A stretch of DNA of 63,013 nt, filler included, from Octopus bimaculoides (GCF_001194135.2; 5 parts of 5 records of this genome joined end to end with filler, not necessarily neighbours in it), one strand, 5' to 3'; shown: positions 13,281-26,809, counted from the first letter of the whole stretch. A program made the numbers and translations. The notes: generated by a model not told the origin, from the letters alone.

Positions 13281-14297
13281 NNNNNNNNNNNNNNNNNNNN
13301 NNNNNNNNNNNNNNNNNNNNNNNNNNNNNNNNNNNNNNNNNNNNNNNNNNNNNNNNNNNNNNNNNNNNNNNNNNNNNNNNNNNNNNNNNNNNNNNNNNNN
13401 NNNNNNNNNNNNNNNNNNNNNNNNNNNNNNNNNNNNNNNNNNNNNNNNNNNNNNNNNNNNNNNNNNNNNNNNNNNNNNNNNNNNNNNNNNNNNNNNNNNN
13501 NNNNNNNNNNNNNNNNNNNNNNNNNNNNNNNNNNNNNNNNNNNNNNNNNNNNNNNNNNNNNNNNNNNNNNNNNNNNNNNNNNNNNNNNNNNNNNNNNNNN
13601 NNNNNNNNNNNNNNNNNNNNNNNNNNNNNNNNNNNNNNNNNNNNNNNNNNNNNNNNNNNNNNNNNNNNNNNNNNNNNNNNNNNNNNNNNNNNNNNNNNNN
13701 NNNNNNNNNNNNNNNNNNNNNNNNNNNNNNNNNNNNNNNNNNNNNNNNNNNNNNNNNNNNNNNNNNNNNNNNNNNNNNNNNNNNNNNNNNNNNNNNNNNN
13801 NNNNNNNNNNNNNNNNNNNNNNNNNNNNNNNNNNNNNNNNNNNNNNNNNNNNNNNNNNNNNNNNNNNNNGTGGTGTAGTGACAATGGTGGTGGTGGTGGT
13901 GGTAGTGGTGGTGGTGGTGGTGGTGGTAGTGGAGGCTGTGATGGTGATGGTGTGGTGGTGGTGGAGGTGGGGATAATGGGAGTGATGGTGGTGTATTGAC
14001 AATGGTGGTGGTGGTGGAGATGGTGGAGGCTGTGATGGTGATGGTGTGGTGGTGGTGGTGGTGGTGATCGTGGCAGTGATGTTGATGGTAGTGGTGGTAG
14101 CAGCAGCAGTAGTAATATTACTATTATTCATCCGATGACATACCCCCTCAATATTAGTTTCCAGTTCTATGCCTTGTGAGTTCAAATCTCACCAAAGTCA
14201 AAATTACTTTTCATTCTTTCAAGGTCAATATAATGAAGTATCAGACAACTTCTGGGACCAATGTAATAATTACCAGCCTTGTGCCAAAATTTGAAAC

Positions 14298-14364
<67 letters not shown>

Positions 14365-14365
<1 letters not shown>

Positions 14366-14580
14366 GGACAGATACATTCCTTTTTTGTAGCACTCTCAAT
14401 GACTTCTTCAAGTTTCACTTGAAAAGGAAATTGAGAGTGGAGTGGGAAGTGGTGTCCTCGAGTGAGTTTATTGAAAGGTGGGTGAAAGTTGTGAAAATGG
14501 CAAGAGTGGACGGTACCTCTCTAAGGGTAGACCTGTGAGTCAGAGAGAAGGAATTAGAAAGGGCACTGGCTCCTGGGGTT
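14365..14580 (+). mobile_element. L1/Tx1-like LINE, ORF2 C-terminus and 3-prime UTR
   Basis: ...FFKFHLKRKLRVEWEVVSSSEFIERWVKVVKMARVDGTSLRVDL* resembles Tx1-clade C-termini. Confidence 0.5.
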
Positions 14581-14699
14581 TCGCATTGCTCCAATCCACT
14601 GAGCTGAATATGAGTTCCGGCAACAGCTGGGAAGTTAACCCAGTGAAGGACTGGCATCCCATCCAGCAGGGAGTGCTGTAATCTCAACCACTTATACAC

Positions 14700-14840
14700 G
14701 GTTGGCATTAGGAAGAGCATCTAGCGACAGAAACTGTGCCAAAGCAGACAACGGAACCTGATGCAAATCTCTGGTTTGCCAGCTCCTGTCAAACCATCCA
14801 ACCCATGCCAACATGGAAGACAGATGTTAAATGATGATGT
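14700..14840 (+). mobile_element. SINE family E tail ending in (GAT)n
   Basis: ggttggcattaggaagagcatc...aaaccatccaacccatgccaacatgg...gttaaatgatgatg; inverted homolog at 18050-18240. Confidence 0.75.
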
Positions 14841-15104
14841 TCTAGTATGAGGAAAACTTCCTCAATTCCTCCTACCAGTCCAGGAACTTGGAAGCACCAT
14901 AAAAGAGCAAAAGGTACTTCTGCTGCCATTCCTATAGTGACTAAGCTGTTACAAAAAATTCCCTCTGCTTATCCGTAAGAGGGGCCACAGGTAGTGCTGC
15001 TCTTCCTTCTGTGACTAAGTCATTATAATAATTAAAAAAAAAAAAACCTCACTCTGTACATCCAAAAATCAATTCATTTATTTGTTTATTTATTTTGCTC
15101 TAGT

Positions 15105-15149
<45 letters not shown>

Positions 15150-15389
15150 TTGGATGTGAGGGTGAAAAGTGGTGGATTGAGAGAGATTAAGGTTAGTAGT
15201 TCACCACTGAAAGCTCTATTTGATCCACTGAGATATTGATCAACTTCTGCCTGACAGACATAAACTAGACCCACAACCATGCAAAGGAACAGCTAGAAAT
15301 AACAGTCAAATTACATTTAAATCCACCACCACCACCATTATTAATAATAATAATAATAATAGTAATGATAATAATAATGAATTAATAAT

Positions 15390-15610
15390 TTGGGGGGTGG
15401 GGGATTTTGGCACTGGGCGAGCAATTTTAGTGGAAGGCAGGGAGTTAATTCCATAGACCCACCCCCCAGTGTTTGACTTGTACTTCATTCTGTTAACCCT
15501 GAAGGAATTAAAAAAAAAAAAAAAGACAAAGCTAACTTTGGTAGGATTTGAACTCAGAACACAAAGAGCCAGAAGAAAATGCTGCTACGCATTTTTGTTG
15601 AACATGTTAA
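15390..15610 (-). mobile_element. SINE family B copy
   Basis: Reverse complement contains ttctgagttcaaatcc and the family core; next to (TAA)n. Confidence 0.7.
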
Positions 15611-16199
15611 TAATTAATTGATTGCGGTTAAGTAATTATGTGAGCATGTGTAATTAATGTAACTTGTGTAAGTCAATGAGAGGCAATATATTACAGATGT
15701 GTGCTTGTGATGTGTTGTTATGAAAACATACAACAGTTACTAATTGGAAAGGGTTTAATTAAGAATGTATGATTAAAATACACACACACACATGCATGCA
15801 CATGTATACACGCATACACACATCTTTATCAATGTACAAGTTTAAAAAAAAAATTATGAAAGTTCTAATCTTTTATCTGGCATGTTTTACTTATTTTAGT
15901 CGTTTGACTGTGGCCATGCTGGGGCAACACTTTGAAGGCTTTCAGTCGAACAGATCGACCCCCCCATCCCTTCTTGGTACTTATATTTTGGGGTTTTTTT
16001 AAAAAAATATCTGGTACATATTCTATCTGTCATTATGGGAGCCTGCAGGATATAAACAAACCAACACTGGCTGCCAAGTGATGGAGAGAGGCTGAGCACA
16101 AAGATACATATACATGCATTTGCACACACACACAAACACACAACAACACACATGCATACACAGACACACACATACATATATATATATCATGGGCATCTA

Positions 16200-16345
16200 T
16201 GCAACTTCTATCTACGGAATCCACTCACAAGGCTCTGATTGGCCCAAAGGCTAGAGTAGAAGATGCCCAAAGTGCTGCGCAGTGGGACAGAACCCGCAAC
16301 CATGTGGTTGCAAATCAAGCTTCTTAACCACACAGCAATATGCCT
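16200..16345 (-). mobile_element. SINE family A head
   Basis: Reverse complement of the head at 6985 and 20092. Confidence 0.8.
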
Positions 16346-16809
16346 TAGATACCATTTTTAAAGAGAAACCACTCTTCAAGAATTGTGTTCTTAATTTCCA
16401 GAGAAGACCCTGTTTTTGGACAATATTTTAATCATGCACCAGCTTGAAACCTCAGAATCCCTCTCGATTCATGTAACACCAACCTAGTTGAGTATAACAC
16501 TCCACCACCAGCACCCCATCCACCCCACATTTAGTTAATTGAACCTCTAAATGTCAGAGATTAGTCGTTTAATAAGATTAACGATCCTCCGTCTACTGAC
16601 CTCATCTGTAGGGTGCAAATTTACAATATCATCATTTTAACATCCATTTCACAATGCTAGCATGGGTTAGATGTAATCTCTGTCACTACTAAACACACAC
16701 ATATGCATGCACACACAAGCAACAAAAATAGAAATATGCTAGAAATAGCAACAAAATAGAACCTCAAACCAAGCACACTACTATGGGAAGGAAAAGAAAT
16801 AAAAAGGTT

Positions 16810-16980
16810 ACACAAGACACCAATGTTATCCAAGGGAAAGGCAAAGGGGCTGATGCAGCTTGACACCTGTGATGTTGCAACTCATTTCTACAGCTGAGTG
16901 AACTGGAGAAGTGTGTAATAAATAAACCAAACTCACTACCTCGTGATTGTGAGCCCAACACTCCAACCACTGAGCCACAT
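16810..16980 (-). mobile_element. SINE family C copy with internal deletion
   Basis: actcatttctacagctgagtgaactggag and tRNA-like head match 42170-42590. Confidence 0.7.
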
Positions 16981-17754
16981 AATATATATATATATATATA
17001 CCAAGTCAAATGTCACGCACAAAACAAGTCCAATACTCTCCGGAATTNNNNNNNNNNNNNNNNNNNNNNNNNNNNNNNNNNNNNNNNNNNNNNNNNNNNN
17101 NNNNNNNNNNNNNNNNNNNNNNNNNNNNNNNNNNNNNNNNNNNNNNNNNNNNNNNNNNNNNNNNNNNNNNNNNNNNNNNNNNNNNNNNNNNNNNNNNNNN
17201 NNNNNNNNNNNNNNNNNNNNNNNNNNNNNNNNNNNNNNNNNNNNNNNNNNNNNNNNNNNNNNNNNNNNNNNNNNNNNNNNNNNNNNNNNNNNNNNNNNNN
17301 NNNNNNNNNNNNNNNNNNNNNNNNNNNNNNNNNNNNNNNNNNNNNNNNNNNNNNNNNNNNNNNNNNNNNNNNNNNNNNNNNNNNNNNNNNNNNNNNNNNN
17401 NNNNNNNNNNNNNNNNNNNNNNNNNNNNNNNNNNNNNNNNNNNNNNNNNNNNNNNNNNNNNNNNNNNNNNNNNNNNNNNNNNNNNNNNNNNNNNNNNNNN
17501 NNNNNNNNNNNNNNNNNNNNNNNNNNNNNNNNNNNNNNNNNNNNNNNNNNNNNNNNNNNNNNNNNNNNNNNNNNNNNNNNNNNNNNNNNNNNNNNNNNNN
17601 NNNNNNNNTTGAATAACAAGAACAACAACAATTAAAATATAATTACAACAACAAAAAGAAAAAAGAAGAAATAACAACTATAAAAAAATAAAAGGAAATG
17701 GATTTTTTTCAATACTTTTCACATATTTTTTCTTATTTTTTCTGTGGAAATGCT

Positions 17755-17895
17755 CTTACGTTGTTCTTAACAGCAAAAAATACAATTCTAGTATTCTAGT
17801 ATTTACCATTGTTCTTAAAAAGAAAGAACCCAATACTCTTCTGTTTACCATTCTTCGTAACAGCAAGAACCCAATACTTTTCCATTTACCATTGT
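17755..17895. repeat. Degenerate ~41-42-bp minisatellite, 3-4 units
   Basis: Recurring tttaccatt...aagaacccaatact unit. Confidence 0.75.
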
Positions 17896-18049
17896 TTGGA
17901 GGAAATTTTCACACAGCGCTTCTCTCTCAGACACATTTAGATGGACTTCTGACATTTATACTTGCTGTGCATTTCATACGTTCTGTCTACGATACATATG
18001 TGTGTATGCATGCGTGATGATGGGTACACGTGCGTGTATGTGTGTATGT

Positions 18050-18240
18050 ATCATCATCATCCGCATCCTTTAACATCAGTTTTCCATGCTGGCATGGGTT
18101 GGATGGTTTGACCGGAGCTGACAAGGAGAAGAGCTGCACCTGGTTCCAGTCTGATCTGAACCAGGTTCCAGTCTTGGTTTCTACATCTGGATGCCCTTCC
18201 TAGTGCCAACCACTTTACAGTGTGTGTTGGGTGCAGTGCT
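18050..18240 (-). mobile_element. SINE family E tail
   Basis: (CAT)n followed by tttccatgctggcatgggttggatggtttga...ggatgcccttcctagtgccaacc. Confidence 0.8.
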
Positions 18241-18269
18241 GATTAATCCTTAAGCAAAATAAGCACATG

Positions 18270-18510
18270 CTTAGAGCATCGAGGGAAGAAAGGAGCACCA
18301 CAGAAATTGTAAATAGTTTATGGCACAAAAGAAATCATTCTAAACTTGCTAAAATAAACATTATTGAGTGTGCCTTACCAAATATAGACATCGCCTTTTG
18401 TATATTTTCAACATTAATGGTCACAAATTGCTCTGCTGAGCATTCGTTTTCTCAGCTGAAGTATATTAAAAATCTCATCAAAACGACTGTGCAACAAGGC
18501 AGAGGCTGGA
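18270..18510 (+). mobile_element. hAT transposase C-terminal dimerisation-domain fragment
   Basis: ECALPNIDIAFCIFSTLMVTNCSAEHSFSQLKYIKN matches the hAT FPN...P.T.CSAERSFS.LK motif. Confidence 0.8.
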
Positions 18511-18539
18511 TGCTTTATTTTTTACTAAGAAGAGAATTC

Positions 18540-18650
18540 TGGGAGAAGGGGTTATTTGATTACATCGACCCAGTATGCAACTGGTACTTATTTTATCGAC
18601 CCCAAAAAGAATAAAAACACTGCTTAGCATTTTGCCTGGTGTGCTATATA
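18540..18650 (-). mobile_element. SINE family B partial copy (another at 19050-19135)
   Basis: tacatcgacccagtatgcaactggtacttattttatcgacccc is the reverse complement of the core. Confidence 0.75.
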
Positions 18651-18885
18651 TATATATATGCATATATATATATATANNNNNNNNNNNNNNNNNNNNNNNN
18701 NNNNNNNNNNNNNNNNNNNNTTAATTAATTAANNNNNNNNNNNNNNNNNNNNNNNNNNNNNNNNNNNNNNNNNNNNCACACACTACACACACATACAATG
18801 AGAAAGAGAGAGATAAATAGATAGAGTGATAGATAGACAGATGTGTGTATGTATATATATGTATATCTATATATGTGTGTGTGTG

Positions 18886-18960
<75 letters not shown>

Positions 18961-19794
18961 TAACATGATATAGGATAAACAAATATATTTGAAAAATAGT
19001 AACAATTTTTTGTTAACAAGATGAGCAACAATGGCAACAGTAAAAGAGAACGTTTCTGATTTCGGCGCAAGGCCAGCACGTTGGCGAGGGGGGCAGTCGT
19101 ACTTGGTTTGTGCTTTATTTTATCGATTCCTGAATAATAATAGATTTTATTAGCCACAAGGGCAAAGCCTATGAAATAAAATAGTACAAGTGATACGCGA
19201 AGACAAGGAGTCTGATAAAATATTCTCTGTAATAAATAGACAATTATAAACGTATAAATCTATATAATGAAAGCTATATAAAATTGTATTAAATGATAGA
19301 TTTGCATCTGTGTATATGTATGCGTAGAAATATGTTTGTGAATACGAAGTTCTTTGGTTATATATGCGTATGTATAAAAGTACATGCGTAGTTATATGTC
19401 ATTGTGCATATATGATTGTGTAGTCGCTTATTTGTGTGAGTGTAAATGTGTATTTGTGTCTCACACAACACTCTCTCTCTCTCTTTTCTTCTTCTGTGTA
19501 TATGTCTGTGTATATGACCTTATGTGTGTGTGTGTGAGTATATGTAAGTGTATGCCTCAAATATATACCCGAGCATATGTATGTACTCAGGAATGCGCGT
19601 GTGCGTATAGGTACGGATGTTTATGCATGTGTGCATATGTGTGTATTCTGTAGCCGTACGGTATGAAGTTTGCTTCGCAAACAAATGGTTCCGGGTTCTG
19701 CCTGTCTGTGTGACACCTTGACCAAGCATCCTCAACACACACTCACACACTCATATATATGTTTGTGTGTGTGTGTGTGTGAATGTATATATTC

Positions 19795-19955
19795 GCCATG
19801 ATAGATCGCTGACCACTACACATATTTTTCTCTCCTTAGTTCTTTGTGTTCCTTTCTGTTGAAGAGCGTAGGCTCGAAACGTTAAAGACATTCTCTATTC
19901 CCGAGCGTTATACAAATACATCCATTTGTTGTTTACACCACCTCTGTTTATACAA
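19795..19955 (+). mobile_element. Short interspersed repeat with a hammerhead-like motif (19852-19887)
   Basis: CTTT-CTGTTGA-A-GAGC-GTAG-GCTC-GAAA-CGT-T-AAAG; homologous copy at 45770-45950. Confidence 0.7.
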
Positions 19956-20091
19956 CTCTCTGCTTGAGTGGTCCATGGTGTCCCGAAATAATTAACTAAA
20001 AGACTTTTTCCAGGTGGTGCCATTGAGTTAGTCATGGCCTGGGTTGATAATGCCTGAACCAATCTAAATTATCTAAGTTATATATATAGGC

Positions 20092-20224
20092 ATAGGAGTG
20101 GCTGTGTGGTAAGTAGCTTACTTACCAACCACATGGTTCCGGGTTCAGTCCCACTGCTTGACACCTTGGGCCAGTATCTTCTACTACAGCCTCGGACCTA
20201 CCAAAGCCTACCACACACGCTCAC

Positions 20225-20260
<36 letters not shown>

Positions 20261-20480
20261 CTGTGTGTGTGTCTGTGTGTTTGTGTGTGTGTGTTTGTCA
20301 CCCACCCTCAATAGCACTTGACATACGATGCTGTGTGTTTACGTCTCCATAACTTAGCGGTTCGACAAAAAGAGACCGATTGAATAAGAACTAGGCTTAC
20401 AAAGAATAAGTCCTGGGGTCGATTTGCTCGACTACAAGGTGGTGCTCTAGCATGGTCGCATTCAAATAATTGAAACAAGT
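20092..20480 (+). mobile_element. SINE family A, near full-length
   Basis: Head 20092-20209, (TG)n, tail 20290-20480. Confidence 0.9.
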
Positions 20481-20719
20481 AGTTGTCGGGGGGACAAACA
20501 CAGACACACAAACATATATACACACACAAACAACACATACACACCTATATATATATATACGACGGGCTTCTTTCAGTTTCCTTCTACCAAATCCACTCAC
20601 AAGGCTTTGGTCGGCCCGAGGCTAGAGTAGAAGACACTTGCCCAAGGTGCCATGCAGTGGGACTGAACTCGGTACCATGTGGTTGGTAAGGAAGCTACTT
20701 ACCACACAGTCACTCCTAT
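20481..20719 (-). mobile_element. SINE family A, inverted 5-prime half
   Basis: 20602-20719 is the reverse complement of 20092-20209 with about 12 mismatches in 118 nt. Confidence 0.9.
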
Positions 20720-20979
20720 ATCCATTTTATAAACAATTTACAATTTGCAATTGCACTTTTGAGGAGACGTCTTGAGGAGAGTGCTCTCAAGTATCTTTAC
20801 ATACCCCAAACGAATTTTTTTTAGGGACCCCAAACCAACCAATCTCGTAAGAGATAATATTGAAAAACAAACCTGTGTTAACATGTATTAGACGTTCATT
20901 ATTTGTGTGTATGCAACTATCGTCATTCCTAAACAACAAATTAGAAGGTGACTCAACCGCACGTGGTTATAAAATAACT

Positions 20980-21540
20980 CGAGGTATTCCACTAAAGTGG
21001 TGTGCAAAATGTGCGCCATAAAACCTGGCATTTAGCGGTGCTGAAGAGATATAAATCAAGCAATAAGCTTACCCTCCATCAGCTATATGCTAGCGATAAA
21101 AATAAACCTGAATAAAGTGCAATCTTCACCTTTTTTCAGTGCAAAAATAAGGACTTCAAAGTGAGGGATCAGTGCAATGTCTTCAAGTAATTATTTATCA
21201 CGAGTTTACTTCCAGCTCTGAAGCTGTGCAGCGGAAGATAGNNNNNNNNNNNNNNNNNNNNNNNNNNNNNNNCATGTCAAAAGAACTACAACAGAAAATA
21301 ATCTCGGTCTAAAATTTCAGAATAAATATGAAGTTTATAACCTCAGTTTATGATGACCACATTAGTTCAGTGAAGGATACTTCATCGTGTTCAGCAGAAT
21401 AGAATTGTTGGTGGTGTGACGACTACAATTGTGAAGAAAAAACTGCATGATGGGAAGATAATAGGAAGTAGATGTAATTTTAGGATATTGATACAAACTG
21501 TCGGCGTTCTTCAAAAAAAATCAGTCGGGAGATTATTTAG
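20980..21540 (+). mobile_element. Heavily decayed hAT-like transposase relic
   Basis: NLAFSGAEE resembles the hAT (N/G)LAFRG motif; otherwise full of stops. Confidence 0.25.
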
Positions 21541-21563
21541 AAGCGAATTATTTATGGCCGAAT

Positions 21564-21784
21564 TTAACCATTTAGCATTTCTCTGGCAAATGTAATGCTT
21601 ATTTATTCATATTGTTTAATTAACCTTTTCATTACCTCATAGCTTTGAGATTTCAATGATGAGATTGTATACTTTTACAATGACATGTTAGGGTAGGTGT
21701 GAGAAGCCAGATCTGGCCAGTTTGAACACAAAACAGGTAAAATATTTGGATCGGATATGGCCTGTTTAAGTGCTAAAGAGCTAA
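21564..21784. mobile_element. TTAA-flanked MITE with degenerate terminal inverted repeats
   Basis: ttaaccatttagca versus the reverse complement of tgctaaagagctaa (11/14 match); non-coding interior. Confidence 0.6.
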
Positions 21785-22169
21785 AATAAATATATAAAAA
21801 ACTGACTTGACTTAGCATGGAGAAGTCATCCACCAACACCTAAAACATGTACCTGCTAGAAAATTAAAGGACTTTTCTTGGAGTAAACACATGTATAAAC
21901 TGTACACAAGAAGCGCAAAACTATTCCTCACAAATGATTTCGGAGCCCAACAAGGCAATGATTGGGGTATTTATAATCTATATAAAAGCAGAAAACTAGT
22001 GAAAGATGAGTTTTATTTATTTTGGCATTAAGTCTGATATCATTGCTTTTATACAGAACTCTATTGGTTTTATGCTACAGTCTTCGACGCCAAGAAACAT
22101 AAATGTAATCCATATTTATTTTTATAGAAGATGTAAAGTTTTAGATTGAAAATATTTATAATACAGTGA

Positions 22170-23100
22170 AACAGGTTTATAGGAAGAAAATTTGATGAAA
22201 ATTATTTCTTCGTATTTGATGATGGAATGTGGAAACCACTTCCCAAACGAGAAAGATTGTTAGCATCAGAGTTCAACAAAACGGATGTTGCAAATAGCTA
22301 TGGACTGATGAAAATTTATCCTTCACAGGGGATATAAACAAAAATACTAATAGATATAAACAAAAATAATAAATATAAACAATAACATACCTGACTTTAA
22401 AAAATATGCCAATCGGAGATTTTTTATATGCCGTAATGCAATTACTGTACCATTAATAGTGCCACTATGAGAACATTTAAATGGAGTGCAGATAAAATTT
22501 TCCCCGTAGATAATACAAGTGATGGCATTATCCTGAAGTCAGCTGGAATGGTGTCCAGAAACAGAGATATGGATACACTTTATCTGGGAGGAAACTACAG
22601 ACCTATAAGAAGCATTTGAAGAAGCATATTTTGAATGTCTTGTACCATTATCGTAACAGGATCTGCTAGACAACAACAATAACAACAACGAGAACAGTAA
22701 AACAAATACATCAACCGAATGACAAGAGCGTGAAAAGAACTACACTGAAAAAGTTGAGGCTGAAATCTTCAAGGAGTACTTAGTCTCCCAAGATATTCCT
22801 TACTCCTTAGACACAGCCAAATGTATCAACAAGCACACGAAAGACAAACACTTTGCATACCAATAAAATATAATGTCTGGTTATATCTTCTGGAAATTTA
22901 CAAATTATAAAGCGTGAATGTGTTTTGCACAACCATCATAACTCTGCTTACCAGAACAACCTCTAATGCTGCTTAAGACACACCATATCACCTGCTGCCA
23001 CTGGTACTATATATGTTTATCAACAACAATTATAAATACAATAATCTATCAATGCTTTCGGTCACAGCACACCAGAAAGACCTGCGGATAGTAATTCTCC
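22170..23100 (+). mobile_element. Decayed coding relic, probably LINE ORF2 linker
   Basis: 53 open codons at 22176-22337 and a 184-codon frame from 22537 with 6 stops. YTEKVEAEIFKEYLVSQ resembles the Jockey/I linker T..EKAE.FA.YL.SQ. Confidence 0.3.
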
Positions 23101-24418
23101 AATTATTTTCTATCTTATATTTCATAAAGGGAATATCTCCCGAAATATAGTAGAATTATTAAACAAACTATATAGAGTGATACAATATCTTGTCTTTGTC
23201 TTTATTTACTGGCAGCATTTTGCCTAGTTTGCCCAACTTTTCACCTGCATTGCTGAAAGTTCTTGTTAAACGTATTTATATCATTTGAGAATTATACTTA
23301 TATATTGGAGAAATTTTAACTTCCGTTCTGCTCATTATATCGTATTTTGACATTTATGCGTTCACAACCCTAAAGCAGGAGATAGCAACGAAATATCTGT
23401 TGAACATAAGAGATAATGAAGCCCCTAAACTCCCAAGATGCAACAGAAAATATCGATTTTACCAACATATCTTTTGAAGATATAAAATATTTTATCAGTA
23501 TATTCTGAAAAAAGTACATCATTAAGATACCACTTTTTAAGCGTCATAACATTATTTCTAAAATAATATAAAATATGATTCGTCGGAAGCACAGCTCCGG
23601 GACAAATCTATAAAAATGTCTGATGTTCAATATATTCATACATTGCAATAAAAGAAATATTAGAGGAAAATTCCAATCAAATCTTCCACACTCTACAAAC
23701 ACAATGCATACATAACTTAAATTGTGAGAAAGAAAAGTTTAACATTTTGTATTTCTGTAATGTTCAGCTGCCCAACTGATGTGGACATTTCATTCGAAAG
23801 CAAAAGGAAAACAAGATCGCTTACGACAACTACTTCGAAGCGTACAGCTTGTCTCCATAAATGAGATATTTACATTTCCATCTGTAATCACTGACGCTGT
23901 TTAGCTGTGACCTTCGAAGAAAGACGCCATTTAACACGTACTCTGAACACACTATATGTGAACTGTACAGTGAAATTATGCAAGAATTGTCTAAACTTTA
24001 AATTATAATCTCGATTTTTGCCGTCGTGGTTGTTGATGCTATCTAAATTCCATTGATAGAGATTTCTTTGGCAGTAAAATAGGAGAAAGTTTTTAGGGAA
24101 GGTTTTAAAAATTAATTACATACAGATATCCATCCACATTTACAGATGTGTGTGTGTATGCATGTGCGTATGCATGTGTGTGTTTGAGCGTGTGTGTACG
24201 TATAGATGAAGTTATCCAAAAAATAATTCAAAAATGAATATTTAATTAGAGGAACCTCGTTATATTTGTGTTTGGGAGACAGGAACAATAAAATATGATG
24301 AATTCGTTCGAAATTTGAATCTAAGAAGGAAAAGAGACAATTATGTCAGTTGTCATCCGATAGTCTACGACAAACCATTCCAGCTATGATGCATTCGTTA
24401 TCATCGTTTATTATTATC

Positions 24419-24811
24419 AAGGCGTGGGGAGCTGGCAGAATCGTTAGTACGTAGGGTAAAATGCTTAGCAACACATCGTCCGTCTTTACGTTCTGAGTTC
24501 AAATTCCCCCGAGGTCGACTTTGCCTTTCATCCTTTCGGGGTCGATAAATTAAGTACGAGTGAAACACTGGGGTCGATGTAATCGAATAGTCCCCGCTCC
24601 CCAAATTTCAGGCCTTGTACCTTTAGTAGAAAGGGTTATTGAGACAGCGAGCTGGCAAAATCGTTAGCACTTCGAGCAAGATGCTTGGCCGTAATTAGTC
24701 CGTCTTCACGTTCTGAGTTCAAATTCCATTGAGATCGACTTTACTTTTCGTCTTTTCGAGATCAATAAAATAAAGACCGGTTTAACACTGGGGTCGATTT
24801 AATCGACTTAC
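24419..24811 (+). mobile_element. Two head-to-tail SINE family B copies (24419-24640, 24641-24811)
   Basis: Each has gagctggca...ttctgagttcaaattcc...cactggggtcgat. Confidence 0.9.
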
Positions 24812-24879
24812 AGAACGAACTGTCTATCTGCTCCTCATTTCGACTGTCTATCTCTGCTCCTTATTTCGAGCGTTCAACG

Positions 24880-25320
24880 ACATCATAAATTCCAAAATAA
24901 AATTTTGGTTTTATGGAGAGTCAAAGTTGGGAACAAAAACAGGACAGTGGAGGCATACAAGGAAACCAAACGAAAAGGAACATGGACGGTCGTTAGACTA
25001 GAACGAGAGGAAAATAGTGAACGGTGGGAGAAATATTTTCATTGAAAAGAGAAAATATAGAAGAGAGAGAAAGAAAACCTCCAGTCCTTAGAACGTCGTG
25101 CAGGAAAATAAAAATGGTCACGTGAGGAAAAGAAAGATGGACGATGGTCACGTGTGAGCAACGAGAGAGAGAAATACAGAAAGAGGGGAGAGAGACACAC
25201 AGAGAAAATGGCGAAGGAGAGAAAAAGGGAATTAGAGAAGGATAGGGGAAGAAAACATTATAGTAGAGTCGCATAAAAAAGATTAAGATAAACTTACTTG
25301 GAAACGGATGCGTAGCGTTC
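24880..25320. mobile_element. Unclassified interspersed repeat family D
   Basis: 24880-25100 is homologous to 62230-62460 (ttatggag...aaggaaacca.acgaaaa...gttagac.agaa...ttgaaaagagaaaa.atagaagagag). Confidence 0.7.
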
Positions 25321-25357
25321 AATAATAATATAGATTATATATATATATGTGTATGTG

Positions 25358-25418
<61 letters not shown>

Positions 25419-26041
25419 NNNNNNNNNNNNNNNNNNNNNNNNNNNNNNNNNNNNNNNNNNNNNNNNNNNNNNNNNNNNNNNNNNNNNNNNNNNNNNNNNN
25501 NNNNNNNNNNNNNNNNNNNNNNNNNNNNNNNNNNNNNNNNNNNNNNNNNNNNNNNNNNNNNNNNNNNNNNNNNNNNNNNNNNNNNNNNNNNNNNNNNNNN
25601 NNNNNNNNNNNNNNNNNNNNNNNNNNNNNNNNNNNNNNNNNNNNNNNNNNNNNNNNNNNNNNNNNNNNNNNNNNNNNNNNNNNNNNNNNNNNNNNNNNNN
25701 NNNNNNNNNNNNNNNNNNNNNNNNNNNNNNNNNNNNNNNNNNNNNNNNNNNNNNNNNNNNNNNNNNNNNNNNNNNNNNNNNNNNNNNNNNNNNNNNNNNN
25801 NNNNNNNNNNNNNNNNNNNNNNNNNNNNNNNNNNNNNNNNNNNNNNNNNNNNNNNNNNNNNNNNNNNNNNNNNNNNNNNNNNNNNNNNNNNNNNNNNNNN
25901 NNNNNNNNNNNNNNNNNNNNNNNNNNNNNNNNNNNNNNNNNNNNNNNNNNNNNNNNNNNNNNNNNNNNNNNNNNNNNNNNNNNNNNNNNNNNNNNNNNNN
26001 NNNNNNNNNNNNNNNNNNNNNNNNNNNNNNNNNNNNNNNNN

Positions 26042-26087
<46 letters not shown>

Positions 26088-26321
26088 CAAACACATTTTA
26101 TATAATATGTCTAGACATGTATGCTTAAATCTATACATATTCACAATAATACACTTATGTACGTATATGTTATTATTCACATACCAGTTGACGCTACAGA
26201 CACACATACATACATTCATACCCTCGACAACAAGTACACGTATATGTATGACATACATATGTGTATGTGTATGGGTATGTGTGTATATATATGATGATTA
26301 CTTGAGGCTTTATACATACAT

Positions 26322-26488
<167 letters not shown>

Positions 26489-26809
26489 TAAACATACAAC
26501 ATACATACAACGCCATCGTCTAGCTCTTCACCTCACCCTTTAATCATTGCTTACTCGAAGCCGGGTACATAACCATCCAATATACACCCTGTTTATACAT
26601 AGATAGCTGTTTTGTCTACAATGCTGTTTAAACGGTTCACTGTATCTACGTTTGTTATGATGATGACAATATGGCCGACATCTTGACATGTTGTCACGCG
26701 TTTTTGCTGTTTACCTCTATTTAGACTGTCTGTCACGTATTCACTTCCTGCTTGTAAACTTCCATCTTTGAGACACGATGATTTTATTGACATACAGCTA
26801 CAACAGTAA

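Noticed and set aside
23574-23591. 18-bp exact inverted match to 51187-51204
   Set aside because: Does not extend on either side; compatible with chance or a tiny repeat remnant.
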